Source of the DNA: Blastocatellia bacterium
GTDB lineage: Bacteria; Acidobacteriota; Blastocatellia; UBA7656
Direction of reading: 5' to 3'
DNA length: 64,000 nt
Assembly: GCA_035649735.1 (NCBI GenBank)
Contig: DASRIZ010000305.1
Location: forward strand, 14,998-78,997
The notes beneath the pieces were generated by a model. That model was not told where the DNA came from and ran no database searches. It saw only the letters and a list, made by a program, of their open reading frames with translations. Position 1 is the first letter of the stretch. Every line of letters starts with the position of its first letter. Positions 29,431 to 38,044 of the stretch are shown here, one piece after another. The translations under genes were made by a program, and so were the position numbers.

Positions 29431-30296
29431 TACCTCGCGCGAGAGGCGGCCGCCTCGATGGCCCGGCGAGTATACACCTGTGCGAGATGTCGCCGGTAAG
29501 CCTCTGACGCATAGAGATCCCCGTTAACCGAAACACCATCCGTGGCATGTGTCGATGCTGCGGTAACGGTTTGTTCGTTCAAATCGGTTCCGGTGATTGC
29601 CTGTTCGACGCCGCTTGCTCGATATACCTTTGAGGCGACGCCGGTTATGCCAACGCTCGCCGATTGGCACTTCCCACTCGCGTCTCGTGTAAGAGAGACT
29701 GCCACGCCGACAACAGCAAATCCGGATGCGGGTTGAGGTACCTTCAAATATGACTGCCCAAACCGTCCAGCGGGCGCGGCAATACGAATCTCGCGAAGAA
29801 TCTCGCCAGGCTCGAGAGCAGTTGTAAGCATATCGACAAAGAAATCGGTCGCATTGATTGTGCGTTCGCCCGTTGCGCTGACTGCTACGATCTCCGCGCC
29901 CAGCGCGATGATAGCAGCCGGCCAATCACCTGCAGGGTCTGAGTGAGCAACACTCCCGCCGATGGTTCCTTTGTTTCGCACCTGAACATCACCGATTTGA
30001 GCCGCGCACTCAGGCAACAGTGGGCATATCTCGCGCAATCGATCCGAGGATTCCAGTTGATAATGGGTCGTCATCGCGCCGATGCGAATTTGTCCGCCCT
30101 CTTCGCGGATGTAAGCAAGATCTTTGATACGACCGATATCAATCAACACCTGCGGATTCGCGAGCCTCAACTTCATCGCTGGAATCAGGCTGTGTCCTCC
30201 GGCAAGTACCTTGGCTTCGTCGGAATGTTGAGCAAGCAGCCCCACAGCCTCATCGATCGTCGCTGGTGTCAGGTAATCAAATTGCGCTGGAATCAT
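29430..30296 (-). CDS. coxM: Molybdenum hydroxylase FAD-binding medium subunit (CoxM-like)
   Basis: FAD_binding_5-type sequence (AGGHSLIP, NKGTIGGS). Start taken as the ATG at 30296, 7 nt after AGGAG. The ORF-track GTG at 30302 lies too close to the RBS. Confidence 0.88.
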   Translation of the reverse strand: MIPAQFDYLTPATIDEAVGLLAQHSDEAKVLAGGHSLIPAMKLRLANPQVLIDIGRIKDLAYIREEGGQIRIGAMTTHYQLESSDRLREICPLLPECAAQIGDVQVRNKGTIGGSVAHSDPAGDWPAAIIALGAEIVAVSATGERTINATDFFVDMLTTALEPGEILREIRIAAPAGRFGQSYLKVPQPASGFAVVGVAVSLTRDASGKCQSASVGITGVASKVYRASGVEQAITGTDLNEQTVTAASTHATDGVSVNGDLYASEAYRRHLAQVYTRRAIEAAASRAR

Positions 30297-30456
30297 ATTC
30301 ACTCTCCTTCATATCCGTCGTCGAACACTTCCTGCCAGGAAAGTTCCGAGACGCTCGATTTCTCATTCATCTCGCCCTCTTCCTCACGAGTCGCTGCCGA
30401 GACACGCGCATTTCTTCATAGTGCTTCACAGGCGCAGAAGCAACCTCCGCAGCACC

Positions 30457-32817
30457 TCATGCCTGTGCGCTGATGATCCGCCAGACATTCTCCGGCTTAA
30501 TCGGCATATCCAGATGGCGGACTCCAAACGGAGAAAGCGCATCCACAATTGCGCCAACGATCGCGGGTGTGGCGCCGATGGTGCCCGCTTCGCCCACGCC
30601 CTTTACTCCCATCGGGTTGACCGGCGAGGGTGTCTCGGTGCGATCAAGCTCCAACCAGGGTATCATCGCGGCCTTTGGAATCGCGTAGTCCATTAGGGTG
30701 CCGGTGACCAGCTGCCCCTGATCATCGTAAACCGCCTCTTCGTATAGCGCCTGGCCGATTGATTGGACAATGCCTCCGTGCACTTGCCCATCAACCAGCA
30801 TAGGGTTGAGCACCTTGCCGCAGTCGTCCACCGCAACGTAGCGCTGGATATCGATCTGGCCAGTCTCTCGGTCGATCTCAACCTGAACGATGTGTGTGCC
30901 AAACGGGAAAGTGAAGTTTGCCGGCTCGAAGAAATTCGTGGCCGACAGCCCCGGTTCAAACCCCTGCGGAATCTGATGTGCCACGTGAGCCGCCAACGCC
31001 ACTTCTTGAATCGAAACGCTCTTAGGTGCTGGGGCTTCCGTACCTGCGTCGCCGTTTCCGCCAGCCGCCGCCATTGCGGCTTCCACACTAAAACGGCCTT
31101 CTTTAAATGCAACGGACGAAGCATCCGCGCCCAACAAGTGAGCCGCAAGTTCGGTCGCCTTCTCTTTCAATTTCTGAAGCGCGTTGAAGACCGCCGTTCC
31201 GCCGACAGCGGTGCCGCGACTGCCAAATGTGCCGATGCCGTATTGAACTATCGATGTGTCGCCATGAATCACGGTCACGTCGTTCAAGTCGACGCCAAGC
31301 TCGTCGGCCGCAAGTTGGGCAAAGGATGTTTCCTGACCCTGGCCGTGTGGCGATGCTCCGGTCAGAATCGTTACCTTTCCAGTTGGTTCGATTCTCACGG
31401 TAGCGCTTTCCCAACCGCCGGCTGGTGTCGCTTGTGAGGGCCCGATCGCGCAAATCTCAACGTAAGTCGAAACGCCGACGCCCACGACCCGACCTTGCTC
31501 GCGAGCTTTTTTCTGGTCCTCGCGCATCTTTTTGTAGTCAGCCATTCCAAGCGCTTTGTCGAGCGCGCCCTGGTAGTTGCCGCTGTCATAGAACAACCCG
31601 GTCGCGGTTTTGAATGGGAACTCGTCTGGCTCGGGGAAGTTCTTGCGGCGGACGTCCACAGGATCCATCCCAAGGTGGGCCGCAATAAGATCGGCAGCCC
31701 GCTCGATGACTTGCGTTGCTTCAGGCCTTCCGGCGCCGCGATATGCATCGGTAGACATCTTGTTAGTAAACACCGCGGTTACGTTCATTTGAATCGCGGG
31801 GATCTTGTAACAACCCGACAACATCAGCCCGGTCAACGTCGGAATCGCCGGGGTGAGAAGCTGAAGGTAAGCGCCCATGTCGGCAAACACGTTGTAGCGC
31901 AGGCCGGTAATCGTTCCGTCGTTATTGCACCCGACTTCGATATATCCAACCTGCCCGCGCCCGTGAATCGTCGCCTGAATGTTCTCGCGCCTGCCCTCGA
32001 TCCATTTAACCGGCTTACCCAGCTGCATCGATATCCAGCTAACGAGTCCTTCTTCGGCGTAGACGTTCAGCTTTGAGCCAAACCCGCCGCCGACCTCCGG
32101 TGCTATCACTCTCACCTTGTTTTCAGGAACGCCAAGCATTATCGCGAGCTGAGTACGCGCCAGATGGGGAATCTGGGTCGAAGTCCAGATGGTCAGCTCT
32201 TTTTCACCCGGATAGTAGCGCGCGAGCACTCCACGCCCTTCCATCGCGATCGGTATCAGCCGCTGATGGACTATTCGCTGTTTTAAGACATGATCGGCGC
32301 CCGCCAGCGCAGCTTCGATATCGCCCTCGCCGCTGGTGAGGGTGTAAGCAATGTTGTCGCCGTATTCCTCGTAAACTAGCGGAGCGCCCTTCGCAGCTTC
32401 CTCGACATCGACGACAACCGGCAGCTCTTCGTAGTCGACCATAATCAAGTCGATGGCGTCGCGAGCCGCATACTTGTCGGTCGCGACAACCGCGGCGATC
32501 GGGTGGCCAACAAAGGTCACGTGGTCAGTCGCCAGCACCGTGTAGTTCGGGATCTTTAGCCCCGGCAACGCGCCTGCACAGGGCACCGAGCCTATCTTGC
32601 CGGCAACATCAGCGCCGGTGTATACGGCTACAACTCCCGGTGCGTGCGAGGCTTCGCTTGTATCGATGCTCTTGATTCTCGCGTGCGCGTACATCGATCG
32701 CAGAAAGGCGACGTGAAGCGTGTCGGGAAGCTTGATGTCATCGACATAGTGGCCGAGTCCCTGGATCAACCTGGGGTCTTCGGTGCGCTTAATTCTTTGT
32801 CCGACGTATTTAGCCAT
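30457..32817 (-). CDS. coxL: Molybdenum hydroxylase large subunit, CoxL-like form II (xanthine dehydrogenase family)
   Basis: ORF trimmed to the ATG at 32817 (MAKYVGQRIKRTEDPRLI, AAGGAG RBS). Active-site loop AYRGAGR encoded at 31726-31746. Confidence 0.9.
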   Translation of the reverse strand: MAKYVGQRIKRTEDPRLIQGLGHYVDDIKLPDTLHVAFLRSMYAHARIKSIDTSEASHAPGVVAVYTGADVAGKIGSVPCAGALPGLKIPNYTVLATDHVTFVGHPIAAVVATDKYAARDAIDLIMVDYEELPVVVDVEEAAKGAPLVYEEYGDNIAYTLTSGEGDIEAALAGADHVLKQRIVHQRLIPIAMEGRGVLARYYPGEKELTIWTSTQIPHLARTQLAIMLGVPENKVRVIAPEVGGGFGSKLNVYAEEGLVSWISMQLGKPVKWIEGRRENIQATIHGRGQVGYIEVGCNNDGTITGLRYNVFADMGAYLQLLTPAIPTLTGLMLSGCYKIPAIQMNVTAVFTNKMSTDAYRGAGRPEATQVIERAADLIAAHLGMDPVDVRRKNFPEPDEFPFKTATGLFYDSGNYQGALDKALGMADYKKMREDQKKAREQGRVVGVGVSTYVEICAIGPSQATPAGGWESATVRIEPTGKVTILTGASPHGQGQETSFAQLAADELGVDLNDVTVIHGDTSIVQYGIGTFGSRGTAVGGTAVFNALQKLKEKATELAAHLLGADASSVAFKEGRFSVEAAMAAAGGNGDAGTEAPAPKSVSIQEVALAAHVAHQIPQGFEPGLSATNFFEPANFTFPFGTHIVQVEIDRETGQIDIQRYVAVDDCGKVLNPMLVDGQVHGGIVQSIGQALYEEAVYDDQGQLVTGTLMDYAIPKAAMIPWLELDRTETPSPVNPMGVKGVGEAGTIGATPAIVGAIVDALSPFGVRHLDMPIKPENVWRIISAQA

Positions 32818-32828
32818 GATGTCTCCTT

Positions 32829-32911
32829 CGATTGCCGATTGCCGATTGGCGATTGCCGATTGAAAGAACAAGAGGTTCAGAACTGAATCGGCAATCGACA
32901 ATCGGCAATCG
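32829..32911. repeat. Intercistronic hairpin of heptamer repeats: (CGATTGC)x5 ... (TCGGCAA)x3
   Basis: Left arm 32829-32863, right arm 32888-32911. The loop contains the small palindrome TTCAGAACTGAA. Sits between the coxS stop (32914) and the coxL RBS. Confidence 0.9.
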
Positions 32912-32913
32912 CT

Positions 32914-33402
32914 TCAGTCTCCAGTCGCGGACTCGCCTTTCATCCTGCGCGCTGCATTCTGAACCGCTTCGACGATATGTTGATAGCCGGTGCAGCGGCA
33001 TAGATTCCCTTCCAGCCCGTGGCGGATGTCGGCTTCGGTTGGATCGGGATTGCGTTCCAGGATTTGGGCTGCGGCCATGATCATCCCCGGTGTGCAATAG
33101 CCGCATTGCAGGCCGTGCTGTTCCCAAAACCCTTCCTGTACGGGGTGTAAATCGCCGTTCGCAGCCATTCCTTCTATAGTGGTGACGTTCGCGCCATCAG
33201 CCTGAACGGCGAACATCGTGCATGATTTCACCGACTGCCCGTCGAGAATGACCGTGCAAGCGCCACAAATAGAGGTCTCGCAGCCGATGTGTGTGCCTGT
33301 GAGTCCCAGAACATCCCTGATGTAATGGACCAGCAACAGCCGCGGTTCCACTTCGTTTTGATGCGCCACTCCGTTGACAGTGACACTGACAGTTCGTTTC
33401 AT
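32914..33402 (-). CDS. coxS: Molybdenum hydroxylase [2Fe-2S] small subunit (CoxS-like)
   Basis: ORF trimmed to the ATG at 33402 (GAGGTG RBS). [11 protein letters not shown] and CGYCTPG cysteine clusters. Confidence 0.9.
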   Translation of the reverse strand: MKRTVSVTVNGVAHQNEVEPRLLLVHYIRDVLGLTGTHIGCETSICGACTVILDGQSVKSCTMFAVQADGANVTTIEGMAANGDLHPVQEGFWEQHGLQCGYCTPGMIMAAAQILERNPDPTEADIRHGLEGNLCRCTGYQHIVEAVQNAARRMKGESATGD

Positions 33403-33551
33403 TGAGGTCACCTCGCTTGATTTGAAAACGGTAAAGGATTGGTCTAACCAGACTGATCCGCTCAAAAAAACCGGCTTGGTTTTTATACAACTGAATTCGC
33501 CCGCTTACAAGGTGAATTGGGGCGCGCCTTATTTGGCATACGCCGTCTTAA

Positions 33552-33739
33552 TTTGGAGTGCGCCGCGTTTTTCCGCATTCGACGTCCTGTAGCAAGCGTG
33601 GCGGCGCTTTTGTAGTATGGCGTCGAGGCGAAGGAAGAGCGGTAGCTGCGGTCCGAGTTATAGCCCAGCACCACACTGCGAAAGCGCCGCCACGCATGCG
33701 ACAGGCGTCTAATGCGGAATCGGGCGGCGCACTCCAAAG
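33552..33739. repeat. Long imperfect inverted repeat (about 64-nt arms, about 60-nt loop), MITE-like or structured RNA
   Basis: Left arm 33552-33615 and right arm 33676-33739 align as reverse complements at roughly 85% by eye. Shared blocks: TTTGGAGTGCGCCGC, TTCCGCATT, GCGTGGCGGCGCTTT. Confidence 0.75.
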
Positions 33740-33768
33740 AATCGTCGATTTCGTGCCGTCAAGTTCTT

Positions 33769-34719
33769 CTACTCGCAGTTGCGCCGGACGCTTTCCATTC
33801 GGAAGTAGCGGACCGCCCGAAGGTAATCTTGATCGATCTGCGACCGCAACGCATCAATCGATTCGAACTTTTTCTCGCCTCGCAGCCGATGCAAAAACCG
33901 CACTTGTATCTTCTCACCGTAAAGCTCGCGGTCAAAATCCATTACGTGACTCTCTACCGTCACATCTGAATCGCCGCCGAATGTCGGTTTGTTGCCGATG
34001 TTAGTGATCGAACGTCGCCAGGCTCCTTCGACAAACGTCAACGTTACATAAACACCGTTGGCAGGAATCACCGTGTTGTGGGGCTTGAGGTTTGCCGTCG
34101 CATATCGAAGCTGAGCTTTTCCGATCTTGCGGCCCTCGATCACTCTGCTTTCGATGCCATATGGCCGTCCGAGCATTCTGCGCGCCAGGTTGGTCCGCCC
34201 CGCGCCCAACAAGCGCCGTATCATTGTCGAACTGACGCGGTGGCTGTGGATCAGCACTTCAGGAACCTCTTCCGCGATGCGACCGAGTCGCCGGGCGACT
34301 TCACTCAAGAGCTCAAAACGACCCTCACGATTGTGTCCGAACGCGAACCCCTGGCCCAGATAGACCTCGAGCGCGTCGAGACGTCCGAAGATGTATCTCA
34401 ACAGAAACTCATCGGCACTGAGTCTGGAGAGTTCCGGCGTGAATTCGAGCACTACGGTTTGATCGATGCCCAGCCGCGCCATTCCCTCCATCTTCTGCTC
34501 GAAGGTCTGAAGGAGAGGCGGCGCAGTTGAGGGATGCAGCACCGCTCGCGGATGCGGATCAAACGTGACTACCGTAGCCGGCACGTTCAACTTTTCGGCG
34601 CGCTCTATGACACGCCGCATGATCAGTTGATGCGCAAGATGCAATCCATCGAACACGCCAAAGGTCAGGACAGTCGGCGAGTTGATGGTACTGTCATCTA
34701 TTTCACGGAAGATTCTCAT
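33769..34719 (-). CDS. ribF: Bifunctional riboflavin kinase / FMN adenylyltransferase
   Basis: TFGVFDGLHLAHQ nucleotidyltransferase motif and a C-terminal riboflavin kinase domain (PTANL-like ATANLKP, GVY, ESH). Alternative TTG start at 34737. Confidence 0.9.
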   Translation of the reverse strand: MRIFREIDDSTINSPTVLTFGVFDGLHLAHQLIMRRVIERAEKLNVPATVVTFDPHPRAVLHPSTAPPLLQTFEQKMEGMARLGIDQTVVLEFTPELSRLSADEFLLRYIFGRLDALEVYLGQGFAFGHNREGRFELLSEVARRLGRIAEEVPEVLIHSHRVSSTMIRRLLGAGRTNLARRMLGRPYGIESRVIEGRKIGKAQLRYATANLKPHNTVIPANGVYVTLTFVEGAWRRSITNIGNKPTFGGDSDVTVESHVMDFDRELYGEKIQVRFLHRLRGEKKFESIDALRSQIDQDYLRAVRYFRMESVRRNCE

Positions 34720-34804
34720 CGGATGTATGTGACGCAAGCTGACTGCAAGCGATCAGTTCCGCTCACTCAGCAGGCGCTGAAGCGCGCTGCAAATCGCCAC
34801 AGCA

Positions 34805-35560
34805 CTACTCTACCTCAACCTCCAAGCCATCATAAGCTATCTCGACATTCGGTGGCAGATGACCGCTTGTGTCCGCGTGTTTTATGTCGTGCGAGATGTG
34901 CGTCAGCAAGGCGCGGTGCGGCTTTAGCCTTTCAATGTAGCCGAGCGACTGGTCCAACGTCATGTGAGTCGGATGTTTTTTGAACCGAAGCGCGTCGATC
35001 ACCAGCAAATCCAATCCTGTGAGCCGCTCGCACGCCTCCTCGGGAATCAAGTTGCAATCGGTGACGTAGGCGAAGCCGCGTAATCTAAAAGCGGTCACCG
35101 GCAGTTTTCCGTGAATGACCGTCAGCAGTTCAACCTTTAGGCCAAACAAATCAAAATCGTCGTCTATTTGATGAGGAATTATGCGGGGCACTCCTGGATA
35201 GGGAGAGGGCTCGAAAGCATATGCATAGATGCGTCGAAGCCCCTGCCATGTAACTTCAGTCGCATACACTGGAATCGCACCGTCGCGGAACATTATGGGG
35301 CGCGTGTCGTCCAACCCAAAACAGTGATCGGCGTGCGAGTGAGTAAAAAGGATGGCCGCAAGGTGCTTGAGCCCGATCCGGAGAGCCTGCTGTCGAAAGT
35401 CGGTCGACGCGTCGATGAGTATGTTCTGACCGCTATATTCGATCAGCACCGAGGTCCTGAGCCGTTTGTCGCGGGGGTCATCCGACAGACAGGTGGCGCA
35501 CTCACAGCCCACCGATGGAACGCCGACCGATGTGCCCGTCCCGAGAAAGGTGATTCTCAT
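34805..35560 (-). CDS. MBL-fold metallo-hydrolase (PhnP-like)
   Basis: THSHADH metal-binding motif and an N-terminal FLGTGTS...CxC pattern. Confidence 0.8.
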   Translation of the reverse strand: MRITFLGTGTSVGVPSVGCECATCLSDDPRDKRLRTSVLIEYSGQNILIDASTDFRQQALRIGLKHLAAILFTHSHADHCFGLDDTRPIMFRDGAIPVYATEVTWQGLRRIYAYAFEPSPYPGVPRIIPHQIDDDFDLFGLKVELLTVIHGKLPVTAFRLRGFAYVTDCNLIPEEACERLTGLDLLVIDALRFKKHPTHMTLDQSLGYIERLKPHRALLTHISHDIKHADTSGHLPPNVEIAYDGLEVEVE

Positions 35561-36159
35561 CGCCGCTTGGAAATCGCTACAAACTGCATGCGCAGATCGG
35601 CGAGCATGTTCTCGAGCAGGTTGTCTTCCTCACTCGTGAGGTTGCCGCGAGTTTTGGTTTGAAGGATGCCGAGCATATCGATCAAATGCCGAGCCGCTTC
35701 GAGGTCCGGCGGCGGGGGTTCCTCGCCGGGGCTTTGAATCAATCCCAGGTGCATCGCGGCTTCAACCGCAAGCATATTCGCAAGGCTTAGAAACGAGGCT
35801 TCGGGTAACCGCGACGACTGCGGGCCGCGCGCCTGATTGTAAGCGTTTTCGACGTGACCCGCTGCTGCCTGTTCCGCGGTCTGCTCGCGTTCGATAGCTT
35901 TCGGCCCAGCGGCTACGGTTTCGGCTGAGGTTTCCGCGCTGGGTTCTGTTCTGGGTTCCGCTCGAGGCGACTCTGCAGTCTGTTTCTTGGTCGCCTCACT
36001 CGGAAACGACACGACATTGTTTTGGGCTTCCCGATTTGAAGTTTCCGATGACTCGCGCTCCTGCGAGACAGCTAATTCGCCCGCCTCGCGCGGACTCCCA
36101 TCGGGATTGTACTTTCGTCGGTCTGTGACTTTGAATCCACTCTCTTCTTGTTCAGGCAT
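35557..36159 (-). CDS. DUF1844 domain-containing protein
   Basis: FKVTDRR near the N-terminus, an acidic low-complexity middle, and the conserved C-terminal FLSLANMLAVEAAMHLGL...NLTSEE pattern of DUF1844 (recalled from memory). 4-nt overlap with the MBL gene. Confidence 0.7.
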   Translation of the reverse strand: MPEQEESGFKVTDRRKYNPDGSPREAGELAVSQERESSETSNREAQNNVVSFPSEATKKQTAESPRAEPRTEPSAETSAETVAAGPKAIEREQTAEQAAAGHVENAYNQARGPQSSRLPEASFLSLANMLAVEAAMHLGLIQSPGEEPPPPDLEAARHLIDMLGILQTKTRGNLTSEEDNLLENMLADLRMQFVAISKRR

Positions 36160-36243
36160 ATCGATTCATCCGGCAATTTGGAATCTTATCTCCCTTTTAG
36201 ATCAGTTATGCTAACATTGCGGACGCGTCCCCGCGAAGCAAGT

Positions 36244-36342
36244 TATTTATTATTTTCGATTTTCTATTTACTATTTGCCTTTTCGGCGCGCACGCGCGTC
36301 CAATAAACCAAATGAGCAAATAGCAAATAGCAAATAAAAATG
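36244..36342. repeat. AT-rich heptamer-repeat hairpin (CTATTTA/CTATTTG ... (GCAAATA)x3)
   Basis: Left arm around 36262-36279, right arm 36314-36335, with a GC-rich centre GGCGCGCACGCGCG. Lies in the divergent DUF1844/mazG intergenic region. Confidence 0.7.
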
Positions 36343-36387
36343 TTTCCCCCATTGCTCTCCGGGGCCTTCCTCTTGTAGATTCGGAAC

Positions 36388-37239
36388 GTGTCCGGCTCAT
36401 CCGCAAAACTAGCAGGGAAAGAATTCACCGAGCTTGTCGAATTGATCGCGCGGTTGCGGGCGCCGGGCGGGTGTCCCTGGGACCGCGAACAAACGCACGA
36501 AAGCCTCAAGCCGATGATGCTCGAAGAGGCCTACGAAGTCGTCGAAGCAATCGACGAGGGCAATGACGACGAGTTCAAGGGAGAACTCGGAGACTTGCTC
36601 CTTCAAGTCGTCTTTCACAGCCAAATCGCCACAGAAGAAGACCGTTTCACAGTCGCCGAAGTGATCGAGCGCATATCCTCAAAAATGATCCGCCGCCATC
36701 CTCACGTGTTCGCCGAAGACACTGCCCAAACCGCAGGCGAGGTGCTGCGTAACTGGGAGGCCATAAAGGAAGCCGAGCTCGAGGCCAAAGGCAAACGATC
36801 CGATGAGAGCTCGATGCTCGACGCAGTTTCGACAAAGCTCCCTGCCGTGATGGAAGCGTTCCAGATGACTACCAAGGTTTCGCGTGTGGATTTCGACTGG
36901 CCCGATGTCGCTTCGGTATTGGAAAAATTAGACGAAGAGGTGGCAGAGCTGAAGGAAGCCGTAAGCACTGAGCATCCAACACATGCCGAGATCGCCGGGG
37001 AGGTTGGTGATTTGCTGTTTGTGGCGGTTAATGTCGCCAGGCTTCTGGGGATTGACCCCGAAAGCGCGCTAAAGGCTTCGAACAGAAAGTTCAGGCGGCG
37101 ATTCCGATACATCGAGGACCGCCTCCGAGAACAGGGCCGCAAGCCTGCCGACTCCGATCACGTCGAGATGGACGCTCTGTGGGATGAGGCCAAGGCGAAA
37201 GAGAGGGACAAAACGCCGACGGATGTGCAGTCAGGTTAG
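36388..37239 (+). CDS. mazG: Nucleoside triphosphate pyrophosphohydrolase MazG
   Basis: Two MazG domains: CPWDREQTHESL, EEAYEVVEAI and ELGDLLLQVVFH, repeated in the C-terminal half (EVGDLLFVAVN). Confidence 0.9.
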   Translation: MSGSSAKLAGKEFTELVELIARLRAPGGCPWDREQTHESLKPMMLEEAYEVVEAIDEGNDDEFKGELGDLLLQVVFHSQIATEEDRFTVAEVIERISSKMIRRHPHVFAEDTAQTAGEVLRNWEAIKEAELEAKGKRSDESSMLDAVSTKLPAVMEAFQMTTKVSRVDFDWPDVASVLEKLDEEVAELKEAVSTEHPTHAEIAGEVGDLLFVAVNVARLLGIDPESALKASNRKFRRRFRYIEDRLREQGRKPADSDHVEMDALWDEAKAKERDKTPTDVQSG

Positions 37240-37251
37240 GAGATTCGACAC

Positions 37252-38031
37252 GTGACACTTTTAAAGGATTTATTCGATCTTTCTGGGAAGTCCGCGTTGG
37301 TGACCGGCGGTTCGCGCGGACTCGGCAAAGAAATGGCGGAAGGGCTCGCCGAAGCCGGCGCGTCGCTGATGCTGCTGGCTCGACGCGAACAGTGGCTGAA
37401 TCCCACCATCGAAGAATTTCGCGACCGGGGATACAAATGTGACGGCGCCGTGTGCGACGTCTCCAACGCGGATGATGTTCAAGCCTCAGTCGATCGCATG
37501 ATCGCCACTTACGGCAAGATCGACATTCTGGTAAACAACGCAGGCGTCACCTGGGGACAACCTATCGAAGAGCATTCGCTCGAAAAGTGGAACATGGTTC
37601 TCCAGATCAATCTAACCGGAGCGTTTCTGTTTTCTCAACGCGCCGGGCGTGAGATGCTCAAACGGCGTAGCGGAAACATCATCAACGTTGCGTCAATAGC
37701 CGGCCTGGTGGGCTCGATGGAAGGCGGGCAGCACATAGTTGGTTATGTCGCGGCTAAGGGCGGGTTGATTGCCATGACCCGCGAGTTTGCCGCCAAGTGG
37801 GCTCGACGAGGTATCCGGGTCAACGCGATCGCCCCAGGCTTTTTTCCATCGAGAATGACTGAGAAAGTCCTGGCCGTATCTCAACCCCAGATGGAAAGCG
37901 CGATCCCGATGGGTCGCGTCGGCGCGGAAGGTGAACTGAAGGGAGTGGCGGTTTTCCTCGCCTCTGCCGCATCCGGTTATATTACCGGTCACACCATTGT
38001 CGTAGACGGCGGTGGAACGATTACATCTTAG
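37252..38031 (+). CDS. SDR-family oxidoreductase (gluconate 5-dehydrogenase / 3-oxoacyl-ACP reductase-like)
   Basis: TGGSRGLG cofactor motif, NNAG, and the YVAAK catalytic YxxxK. Confidence 0.85.
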   Translation: MTLLKDLFDLSGKSALVTGGSRGLGKEMAEGLAEAGASLMLLARREQWLNPTIEEFRDRGYKCDGAVCDVSNADDVQASVDRMIATYGKIDILVNNAGVTWGQPIEEHSLEKWNMVLQINLTGAFLFSQRAGREMLKRRSGNIINVASIAGLVGSMEGGQHIVGYVAAKGGLIAMTREFAAKWARRGIRVNAIAPGFFPSRMTEKVLAVSQPQMESAIPMGRVGAEGELKGVAVFLASAASGYITGHTIVVDGGGTITS

Positions 38032-38044
38032 GAGCCACCAGGTT

